In this document: positions 27,896-35,600 of the stretch, piece after piece
How positions within the stretch are numbered: position 1 is the first letter of the stretch
Layout of the letters: every line of letters starts with the position of its first letter
NCBI GenBank assembly: GCA_002748355.1
Contig: PDSF01000029.1
Location: 110,262-174,261 of the forward strand
DNA: 64,000 bases
Direction of reading: 5' to 3'
Source: Planctomycetota bacterium
GTDB lineage: Bacteria; Planctomycetota; UBA1135; GCA-002748355
Translations under genes and position numbers: made by a program
Notes under the pieces: model-generated
What the model saw: only the letters and a program-made list of their open reading frames with translations
What the model was told of the DNA's origin: nothing
The model's database searches: none

Positions 27896-29245
27896 TCACA
27901 GCCGGTAGGCGTTCTGCGCCCCCGGCAACGCCGCACAGGCACAATCCCGTAAGAAAGCCCGCTCCTTCGCGTCCACCGCCGTCGTCAGCACGTAGACCTT
28001 CCACAGCCGCAGGTATCCCTCTTCCAAATCCTGGATCCCGGGATGCTCGGCCTTGAAGCTGGATAAGGGCTGCAGCCCCTCCCCCGCCGGATGCCGCACC
28101 AGGGTGTCGACCTCCTTCAGCTGCATCTTCCGATTCGGGCAGTACAGGATCACCTGCTCCTTCCGGCCGAACTCACGCTCGAACTCCACCTCGCGCTCCC
28201 ACTCCCAGCTTCGCCGACCCTCCTGATTCGAAGGAGCAAAGAACTCGCGCACGAAGTCGTCCTGCTTCTCGCGGTTGAGTGCATAAGGAAAGACCGCCAC
28301 CCGCTTAATCAGACGTCGGCTCCCGAGCCGCTGCAGGAGCTCGCGCACCCGCCTGGCCTCCTCGCCCGAGAGTTCGCCAACGATCCGCTCAAGCCGCAGC
28401 ACCATGCCATCGTCCGTGAGGTGGTACAAATCCTTCGGCTCGATCCAACGCGACAGAAGCGCGGTCTCAACCGCCCGCGCGATCATTGCGCCAGCAGCGA
28501 TCTTGGCGTGGTGGTAGTACACCCGCTCACTGAAGAAGTACCGCGCCTGCAGCATGCGCAGCACCTCGGAAACGATGTCTTCGCGCAGCAGCCCCTTCTT
28601 CTCGCAATCGATGTAGAGCCGTTCGAGCTTGGGATCGATGCGGAAGTAATCGACGATGCGCAGGTCGTAGCGCAGGTCCAGCCCGGTGAAGTATGCGTCC
28701 CGCCGCAAGTAGTCCATCAAATCGCTGCAGATGCTGTCGCTGACCATCTGCGACAGAAACGGCGGGCGCTGCGTCGGCTTCGCTCCCAAGACGCCCAGGA
28801 CATCCTCAAGCAGCCCCTGGCGCTGCAGCTCCGCCCCGAGCTCGCGAGCAGGATCGAGCATAGAGAGATACCTCTCCGCACGATCGTGTCTCGGCAACAA
28901 GCCCGTTTGATCTTCGATGTTGTGCCCAAAGGGGATGTGCGTGACATCGTGCACCAGGGCTGCCGCTCGAATGATCCGGGCCTCCTCCTCGTCGACCCCG
29001 CGGCTGAGCTCGGGGCTCATCGCCGCGGTGCGACGCACGGCATCGATCAAGAGCTGACTCATGTGCAAGGTGCCGATCGAATGCTCGAAGCGACTGTGCC
29101 GAGCTCCGGGAAAGACCAGATGCACCAGGCCAAGCTGGCGAACACCGCGAAGGCGCTGCATTTCCCGGGTATCAATGATCCGGCCCTCGTCCGGACTGAG
29201 GTAGATATCGCCGTGAACGGCGTCTCGGATCACGAATCGCTGCAT
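27896..29245 (-). CDS. HD-domain phosphohydrolase (dNTP triphosphohydrolase/SAMHD1-like, COG1078-type)
   Basis: 449-aa ORF with RFEHSIGTLH and AALVHDVTHIPFGH (the H...HD...D metal motif). Confidence 0.8.
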   Translation of the reverse strand: MQRFVIRDAVHGDIYLSPDEGRIIDTREMQRLRGVRQLGLVHLVFPGARHSRFEHSIGTLHMSQLLIDAVRRTAAMSPELSRGVDEEEARIIRAAALVHDVTHIPFGHNIEDQTGLLPRHDRAERYLSMLDPARELGAELQRQGLLEDVLGVLGAKPTQRPPFLSQMVSDSICSDLMDYLRRDAYFTGLDLRYDLRIVDYFRIDPKLERLYIDCEKKGLLREDIVSEVLRMLQARYFFSERVYYHHAKIAAGAMIARAVETALLSRWIEPKDLYHLTDDGMVLRLERIVGELSGEEARRVRELLQRLGSRRLIKRVAVFPYALNREKQDDFVREFFAPSNQEGRRSWEWEREVEFEREFGRKEQVILYCPNRKMQLKEVDTLVRHPAGEGLQPLSSFKAEHPGIQDLEEGYLRLWKVYVLTTAVDAKERAFLRDCACAALPGAQNAYRL

Positions 29246-29335
29246 CCCGCGGACGATATCACCGCCGGCGCCAAGTCACGAAACGTTCCAAGATCTCTCC
29301 GGAGCTACGATCGGCAAGTTGGGCTTCGATTTCGA
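29242..29335. repeat. left copy of a 94-bp perfect direct repeat
   Basis: Identical base for base to 32394-32487. Contains the HD gene start codon (29243-29245) and a stranded copy of the last 25 codons plus stop of the 142-aa gene. Confidence 0.95.
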
Positions 29336-29431
29336 ACCGAAAAGCCCCCAGTGCCCCCTACTTATCAGCCACCTTGCTCGTGCCGACAAAGGATCGACAG
29401 ATCGGGTACAAAGCGCAGCCCCGACCGTCGG

Positions 29432-30604
29432 TCAGTCACGATTTCGACGGGCGAGCAGACTTCTCACCCATTCCGCACGGTGTTTGTGCATCGACTCAAG
29501 CGTGTTTTCCCCTGCCATCTTCCGAAGAGCAAGCATGACATCTGCACGAGCTTCCGGCGTACGGAACGACTGCACAACCTGGGCTAACGACTCGGCATCG
29601 CCCCTCTTGTAGAGCACACGCTTATCCACGCCGAGCTTCTGGTAGGGGGCGGAATCGGGGCAAATCGGGACGAGGCCCTGGGAAATCGCATCGAAGATGA
29701 TCCGCGGCTGCTCCACGTTGAGATTGGTGATGAGCAAGATGTCGTGGCGCGAGATCGCATGGAAAAACGGGCCGGGGTAGGGATACGTGCCACCAAACCG
29801 CACGGCTTCGGCAAGCCCGGCCTGCTTGGCTCGCTGAATAAGAGCCGGCTTTTCTGCACCTTCTCCGAAAATCTCCAACTGCGCGCCCGGAAGACCAGGG
29901 GAGGCGTGATCGTGAAGCCAGCGCAGTGCATCGATCGCCAGATGAACCCCCTTCATCGGTTCAAGACGCGCCGCCACACAAAGGCTGAGGGAGCCTGAGC
30001 TGGCTGCCAGCTTCTCTTTCAGTTGCACCTCGCCGATAAGCTCATTTTCGGTAATCCAACTTGCCGTGCAGACGTATACCTCAGCGTCCACTTGCCCAAG
30101 CATCTCCACCAACCCGTAGCCCGTTAGAAACACCCCATCTACGGCATGAGCAAGACTCTGCACGGCATGAGTCATCCGAGAAGCCTGATGGCGCGCCCTG
30201 ATCCTCCTGAGCAGGGATTGCCCCTCAGCATTCATGATCGTGGTCGCCGCGCGATTGCTGCTCACCCCCAAAATGGAGCAGAGACCAGCCGCCCGTGCCG
30301 CCTTCACAAAGGTCATCGCCGGCGACGAGAACAACCCGGGCTCCGGGCCAACTTGGACCACATCGTGCTCGCGGACCAGCCGCTGTAGAGCCTCAGCGTC
30401 CAGCCTGTCACGATCCACGACCTCGACCCCAGTCGGCAAGGGGGTGGAATCACCTTGCGCCGGTCCCTGCCTTGCCAGAAGGGTGACTCCATCAACTACC
30501 GCACACTGGCCTTTCAGGTCCCGCGCCCACAGATCGAGGGTCTCAAGCCCACTCGCCCCCTCATGGACAGGGATCGGCGAAAGAAGAAGGAGTCGGTAAC
30601 TCAT
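29432..30604 (-). CDS. glycosyltransferase family 4 (GT-B fold)
   Basis: 390-aa ORF with typical GT4 layout. The C-terminal nucleotide-sugar-binding region is diverged (LLITNLNVEQPRIIFDAISQGLVPIC). Lies inside the repeat-bounded islet. Confidence 0.7.
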   Translation of the reverse strand: MSYRLLLLSPIPVHEGASGLETLDLWARDLKGQCAVVDGVTLLARQGPAQGDSTPLPTGVEVVDRDRLDAEALQRLVREHDVVQVGPEPGLFSSPAMTFVKAARAAGLCSILGVSSNRAATTIMNAEGQSLLRRIRARHQASRMTHAVQSLAHAVDGVFLTGYGLVEMLGQVDAEVYVCTASWITENELIGEVQLKEKLAASSGSLSLCVAARLEPMKGVHLAIDALRWLHDHASPGLPGAQLEIFGEGAEKPALIQRAKQAGLAEAVRFGGTYPYPGPFFHAISRHDILLITNLNVEQPRIIFDAISQGLVPICPDSAPYQKLGVDKRVLYKRGDAESLAQVVQSFRTPEARADVMLALRKMAGENTLESMHKHRAEWVRSLLARRNRD

Positions 30605-31133
30605 GCGCCCCAGCCTAACGGCTGCCCCCCAGGTAAGTCACGAAACCGCCCCCTCGCCAACTCGTGCAAACTTAGCCTAAGGAAGGCCATCGGCGCCTTG
30701 GTTTCCCCGACCCGCAATAGCCTCAATTCGGCGAGGGCGATCACTGACGGAATAAACGCCTAGAACGTAAGCGTCCGACGGTCGATTTGGAGGGCCATGG
30801 ATTTCGTCCCAGCTCGCTACCAGCCTATCCAGGAGGAACGCCTTCGATCCGAAGAACCGTCCGAGTAGCAGACCTGCCCTCGCCCGCCTGTATGCCGAAG
30901 CCCCTGATGAGCAGCGACGACGTGGCATCAGGTATCCAAGACCTTTTTTACTACACTGGAAAAAGCAACAGGTCCACAATATCGTGTCTCCCTCCGAGGA
31001 GGTACCCGAGGAGGCAAGGAGCTACCCACCATCATAATATCGCAATGCAAACCACCATCCCTGGCCGTATAAATCACAGCCAGGCCACAGACACCGAAGC
31101 ACTAAAGACACACCCCAACAGGTCAAACATATA

Positions 31134-32087
31134 ATGGATCAAGAAGGACATCTTAGCCTGGAGGAACTGCGCAGAGAGCTTAGAGGACCCTTGGAAGCCG
31201 CTCTATCTATAGATCCAAATACAATATGTCTCGACCTCCTATGCGAGCCAAAAGACATCGTTACCGATGACACTCAAAAACTAATCATAAGAGACAACCA
31301 TGGCCGCAACCTAGCTGTCTCCTTAGTCGCCTCCCCAGTCGCCCCCGACCTCGTAGGGAGAGGCATGCATATCGCAAAAGAAGCCAAAAAATTACTCGGG
31401 GACCCTTTAGGTAACGTCATCCTCACCCCCTTGGGAGAAGGGAAGGTCTGCGGCCGCGATTACACCATTCTCCCCTTTTGCCCACCAATGGGCGGAGGGA
31501 GAATTATGCGTCCCCTTTGGAAGATCTGGGCCCGACCAAAGGTAATAAAATGGCTGCTCCAAATCACTGACCACACAGCAACCCGCATTGCCCCTTCGGA
31601 CATACCAACTGCCTTTGAAGCGCCACTAGACTTCCTAGCGACCTCCTCAGCGCTAAGCGCTCAGCTGCGGAGTGCAGCGGAGCTATCACTCGCACGACTA
31701 CGAGCCGGTGAAATAGCCCCACGCTCTACACTCATGCATGGCGACCTGTGGGAAGGCAACATACTCCGCCCCCCATCTCCGGCCTTAGGTAGAATAAGAG
31801 CCCCATTTATATTGATCGACTGGCCCGGAGCGATGTTGCAGGGCTACCCTTTTTACGACCTCATACGAATCGCGGAGTCCATGAACTTCAGCGCACGCGC
31901 TCTGCGTCGAGAGATTTTGAAGCACACTAAGGTGCTCGGAATCGATGCCAGGGACGCCGAAGCCCATCTTTTATCGTCCCTAGGACATATCGGACTCAAC
32001 CGAGGAGGATTCCCGCTGGAACGGTACGCGGAACTGAGCCTAAGGTGTTTCACCAGATTCCAACATGCCCTGAACCCAGAGTTCTAA
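31134..32087 (+). CDS. APH/ChoK-family phosphotransferase (small-molecule or sugar kinase)
   Basis: 317-aa ORF. Brenner-type catalytic motif LMHGDLWEGNIL, followed by FILIDWPGA and FYDLIRI. Visibly AT-richer codon usage and no Shine-Dalgarno sequence upstream. Confidence 0.65.
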   Translation: MDQEGHLSLEELRRELRGPLEAALSIDPNTICLDLLCEPKDIVTDDTQKLIIRDNHGRNLAVSLVASPVAPDLVGRGMHIAKEAKKLLGDPLGNVILTPLGEGKVCGRDYTILPFCPPMGGGRIMRPLWKIWARPKVIKWLLQITDHTATRIAPSDIPTAFEAPLDFLATSSALSAQLRSAAELSLARLRAGEIAPRSTLMHGDLWEGNILRPPSPALGRIRAPFILIDWPGAMLQGYPFYDLIRIAESMNFSARALRREILKHTKVLGIDARDAEAHLLSSLGHIGLNRGGFPLERYAELSLRCFTRFQHALNPEF

Positions 32088-32393
32088 TCGAAAACGAAGA
32101 CCGGACCACCCGGGCAAATCCGCCCAGCCACCGCAATGAGCAGTTAGTCAAACGTTAAGGGTCGATCGAGGTTGCCGCACAGCGGAAGCCTTCGGCCTTC
32201 GCCCCCCACTAACAGGTCTTTGAAATATCTGTAGCACAAAAGCTAGATCACTCAGACGGACAACCGGTCTTATCAGGCTGCTGAAAAGGTCCTGTCTAGA
32301 TCTCAAGCCTGCATCGACAGCCTGAGATAACTCATCCCTGCTGTCGGCGAGCTACAGGCTTGTCTTCGTTTTCAAGGAACAACGAAGACTCGG

Positions 32394-32487
32394 GCATCCC
32401 GCGGACGATATCACCGCCGGCGCCAAGTCACGAAACGTTCCAAGATCTCTCCGGAGCTACGATCGGCAAGTTGGGCTTCGATTTCGA
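32394..32487. repeat. right copy of the 94-bp perfect direct repeat
   Basis: Identical to 29242-29335. Here it forms the genuine 3' end of the 142-aa gene and carries a decoy copy of the HD start codon (32395-32397). Confidence 0.95.
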
Positions 32488-32839
32488 GCACGCCGCTGTC
32501 GAGGCGAATCACCGAATACTGAACGCGAAGGTGCTCGTAGCCATCAAGGTGGCTGGCCCCGGTCTCGGCCCGGGCGACGGGCCCGATCTCTCCGAGGGCT
32601 ACAGGAGAAACGGCCTGCGTTAGCAGTGTGCTCATGACCGGGCGAGTCGTCCCGAACTGCATCAGGCCAAGTTTCTTGGCGAAGTAAGGACCAGCAAGGC
32701 CAGCGGTCACGCTCAGGATGGCGAGCAGCAGCGAGAGCAAACTGGCAGGAGCACGACGAGTCAGGACGACAGGGCGAATAGAAGGAGCTTTCCCCTTGGG
32801 GCCGGCACTCAACGGCACTCTCGCTCTCTTTCGCTCCAT
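32411..32839 (-). CDS. hypothetical single-pass membrane protein
   Basis: 142-aa ORF with basic N-terminus followed by a TM (LLSLLLAILSVTAGLAGPYF). Its last 25 codons lie in the 94-bp repeat. Downstream of elbB on the same strand. Confidence 0.45.
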   Translation of the reverse strand: MERKRARVPLSAGPKGKAPSIRPVVLTRRAPASLLSLLLAILSVTAGLAGPYFAKKLGLMQFGTTRPVMSTLLTQAVSPVALGEIGPVARAETGASHLDGYEHLRVQYSVIRLDSGVLEIEAQLADRSSGEILERFVTWRRR

Positions 32840-33007
32840 TGCTGGCTCCAGGTCTATGGGCAGCCCCTTGCCACCGACTCGCTCTATCGACTCGGATCCA
32901 CCACAAAATGAGCCCTGACCGGAGCCGAAGCCTGGCCCTGGCTCCGAAACATCGATCGGAGCGCAGGGTTTCGCTGACGCTTTTTCAAGGAACTCTGCGG
33001 CCGCAAC

Positions 33008-33664
33008 TCAAGCAAGCATCCCCATCAACGCATCGATCGCCTTGCGAATCCCCCGCTCGACCTCCTTGATGCCAGTGCCGACCATGTAGGCCGGTGTCGA
33101 GACGATGCGGTTCTTCTCATCCACGACAACTTCCTCGGCTGAGCAGTTCTGGTGCTCACAGCCGAGCGCCTCCAGCGCCTTGGCCGTGCCTTCGTCCGTG
33201 CCGATCGTCAGCTTGGGCCCCTTATCGCCCAGCACCTTGGCCAGGACAGCCGGAGCAATGCAAATAGCTGCAATGGGCTTGTTCTGCGCGTGCATGTCCA
33301 AGAGGAGCTTGGCGAGCCCGGGATGCACCTCGCAGTCCACGCCAGCGCTAGCGAAGTTCGACAGGTTCTTCGCCGCGCCAAAGCCTCCTGGCAGCACCAG
33401 GGCATCGAGATCCTCGGCCTTCGCCTCCCCGAGTTCCGAGATTTCACCCCGCGCGAGACGCGAAGCTTCGGTGAGAACGTTGCGCTTCTCCCCGCTCGCC
33501 TCAGCGCTCCGGTGATCGACGACATCGAAGTCGATATCCGGGGCAAAGCAGCGGATATCAGCACCCGCTTGCTCAAGCACCAAGAGGGCACAAACGGACT
33601 CGTAGATCTCGGCACCATCGAGGTAGCCACATCCAGACAATACGACGCCGACCTTTTTGCTCAT
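33008..33664 (-). CDS. elbB: isoprenoid biosynthesis glyoxalase ElbB (DJ-1/PfpI superfamily)
   Basis: Collinear with E. coli ElbB as I recall it: KKVGVVLSGCGYLDGAEIYE, LVLPGGFGAAKNLSNFA, ICIAPAVL, STPAYM. I prefer the start at MSKKVGVV (33664); the track start at 33688 is possible. Confidence 0.88.
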   Translation of the reverse strand: MSKKVGVVLSGCGYLDGAEIYESVCALLVLEQAGADIRCFAPDIDFDVVDHRSAEASGEKRNVLTEASRLARGEISELGEAKAEDLDALVLPGGFGAAKNLSNFASAGVDCEVHPGLAKLLLDMHAQNKPIAAICIAPAVLAKVLGDKGPKLTIGTDEGTAKALEALGCEHQNCSAEEVVVDEKNRIVSTPAYMVGTGIKEVERGIRKAIDALMGMLA

Positions 33665-33715
33665 CTCGTCTCGCTCCTTCATCTTCACGTGAGGAGGACG
33701 AGGATAACCGGGGAA

Positions 33716-35383
33716 TCAGCGAGCAGCTGCGCCGAGTTCTAGGTGAAGTCGCCGGGTGCCGAGAACTGCCAGCTCGTGGCACTGCGGCCCCGCTCCGCTC
33801 TCGGGCACGCGCACGCGCACCTGGAGCCTTGCCGCCTTCGCCAACGGCAGAACGAAGGGCTGTGCCGGGTCATGCCTCACTGAGCGCCCCAGTCCGTCCC
33901 CGTCTCGATGCAGCGACAAGTCCAGCGGGCGCCCCAAATCGGGGTCAAAAAGCAGAAGCAGGCGATGCGCCCCCTTCGCCTCCATGTCTTGTGCGAGCTC
34001 GAAGTTCCGCTTCGTGCCACGACGCCCGGTAAAGCGCTCCCGGCTCGACAAAAAGCCCTCAGCCCCGACTTCGACCTCACTGCTCTTCCAGGGGAGCCCA
34101 ACGCAATAGCGCCCCTCGGCATCTGTGCGCGCAAGCACACAGCCCATACCAAACAAAGCCTCAGGCAGCGGTAGCGCCTGGCTGCGGCGAAGCAAGCTCG
34201 GCCCCCAAGCAGGGAATCCGCGCCGTCCTTCACTGACGCGCACGAGGGCACCGGCTATCGGTCGACCCTCCTCATCGTGAACGACACCGCTCAAGAGGGA
34301 GCCGCGTTCTGGCTGCACGTGCACGACCCGGGGCGCATCGCGATCGACGAGCACCGGCTCACGAAGCACAAATCTCGGATGCGCGAGACCGAGCTCGAAG
34401 GCAACGGCAGGTGCGTGCTCGAGGACAAACTGCCCCCGCTCATCAAGAGAGATGGCGGCGAAGCTGCTCGGATCGAACCAAGGAGTGCGCAGCCCCGGCT
34501 CCCCCAGCGGCAGCGCCACAAGTCGTGCTTCTCGTAGCTCCGCAGTGGGCAGGTGCACGACTCCACGCACCGTCCGCCCGCGATCGAGCACGAAGCGCAG
34601 CTCAGGGCTGCGCTCCTGCGGAGAACTGACATGAACCCGCTCGAACTGCGCCGCATGGCCCTTGGCTTTCAAGATCAGCGGCTGGTCGCCTCCGGGCACC
34701 AATCCGCTCATCGCGAAGCGCCCCTTGGCATCACTGCGAGTGCGGTGCTCTCCGAGCGTGATCTCGGCACCAGTAAGCGGCATTCCGTCCTGACCGAAGA
34801 CGGTCCCGTGCACTCGCCCGCTGCTGACCCAGACCAGGTTGAGTTCCTGCGGGGCTTTCGCCTGTAGCCGCAGCAAGCGTTGCGTCCGAAGCCCCCCACA
34901 AGCGAGTTCGATCAAGTGCCAACCACTGGGCAAGGAAGGAAGCTCAGCCTGCCCCTCACAAATCAGGCTGTGGCCCGCAGCGGGACCCGCCAAAAAGCGG
35001 AGTTCGAAGCCTGCGCCAGCACCCGCACTACGGCTGGTGATAGCGAGGCTCGCTGAGCCCCCCAGGCCCTCGCCGTTGCGCAAGAGGGCAAGAGCCTTCA
35101 CTTCGATCTCGACGGAGAGCGGCTTGCCCTCTGGAAGTTCCGAGACCCCGGCGAGCCAGGAATCCTCTCTCTCCTCATCGCGGGGGAGCAACTCCGCCGT
35201 CGGCAAGGGTGATTGCCAAGCCCCCTCCTCGATGGCCGCCTGCACCGGCAAGGCCTCGACAAGCAGCCACAGCAAAAGCCCAAGAAGCAGCAGCACCGGG
35301 AGAAGGCTGCGGCGCCAGAGGCCGAGGGCAGGGGGAGGAGGGCTCGAAATCATCGGGAGGATCGGGGGAGTTGGGGGCAGCAA
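33716..35383 (-). CDS. membrane-anchored protein with carboxypeptidase-regulatory-like (CarboxypepD_reg) beta-sandwich repeats
   Basis: 555-aa ORF with an N-terminal TM (LLPVLLLLGLLLWLLV). Repeats of the type VHGTVFGQDGMPLTGAEITL...SDAKGRFAMSGLVPG and LSGVVHDEEGRPIAGALVRV...TDAEGRY. Confidence 0.55.
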   Translation of the reverse strand: MLPPTPPILPMISSPPPPALGLWRRSLLPVLLLLGLLLWLLVEALPVQAAIEEGAWQSPLPTAELLPRDEEREDSWLAGVSELPEGKPLSVEIEVKALALLRNGEGLGGSASLAITSRSAGAGAGFELRFLAGPAAGHSLICEGQAELPSLPSGWHLIELACGGLRTQRLLRLQAKAPQELNLVWVSSGRVHGTVFGQDGMPLTGAEITLGEHRTRSDAKGRFAMSGLVPGGDQPLILKAKGHAAQFERVHVSSPQERSPELRFVLDRGRTVRGVVHLPTAELREARLVALPLGEPGLRTPWFDPSSFAAISLDERGQFVLEHAPAVAFELGLAHPRFVLREPVLVDRDAPRVVHVQPERGSLLSGVVHDEEGRPIAGALVRVSEGRRGFPAWGPSLLRRSQALPLPEALFGMGCVLARTDAEGRYCVGLPWKSSEVEVGAEGFLSSRERFTGRRGTKRNFELAQDMEAKGAHRLLLLFDPDLGRPLDLSLHRDGDGLGRSVRHDPAQPFVLPLAKAARLQVRVRVPESGAGPQCHELAVLGTRRLHLELGAAAR

Positions 35384-35600
35384 GCCGACGCAGAAGCCTA
35401 CTATCCCTTGGCCCGCAAGGCGTCACCAAGTCGCTCCAAAGAAGGGAAGCCACAGCAGCACGGGCCTCTCTGCCCCATCCGCGACTCGCCCCGATTCTGT
35501 CACAGCTACCAAGCTTGGCCAGCAAAGCGTAGGTAATACGCCTGACGGCCACTAGCGTAGCTGGGGCCTAGCCCTTTTCACTTCTCCCGGAGTCTCCACC

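Larger units (their letters stand above)
29242..32487. mobile_element. putative inserted genomic islet (about 3.15 kb including one repeat copy) bounded by 94-bp direct repeats; no integrase or transposase
   Basis: Perfect direct repeats 3152 nt apart. Cargo is a GT4 gene, an APH-fold kinase gene and about 0.8 kb of non-coding or decayed DNA. In a hand count, 31141-31260 has 58/120 G+C, against 40/60 at 39601-39660. Removing the segment restores a compact two-gene junction. Confidence 0.6.

Noticed and set aside
27896-29245. Calling the HD hydrolase (with the neighbouring exonuclease) a dGTPase-type anti-phage defence system.
   Set aside because: The genes are convergent rather than in an operon. 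Both belong to broadly conserved housekeeping families, and there are no adjacent defence hallmarks. It is kept only as a low-interest note.
28091-29587. A 498-aa plus-strand ORF spanning the HD gene and the left repeat.
   Set aside because: It is antisense to the HD phosphohydrolase, whose H...HD...D motifs are clear. The ORF has no motifs and a composition typical of antisense frames in high-GC DNA.
30677-30979. A 100-aa minus-strand ORF inside the islet's non-coding stretch, as a real gene.
   Set aside because: It has no recognisable motif, start context or signal, and it lies in AT-richer, apparently decayed DNA. It may be a remnant of a lost cargo gene, and I cannot support a call.
32362-32389. 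The 9-bp-stem hairpin next to the right 94-bp repeat, as a canonical rho-independent terminator.
   Set aside because: No U-tract follows it on either strand and the loop is 10 nt. It is reported only as part of the islet boundary description.
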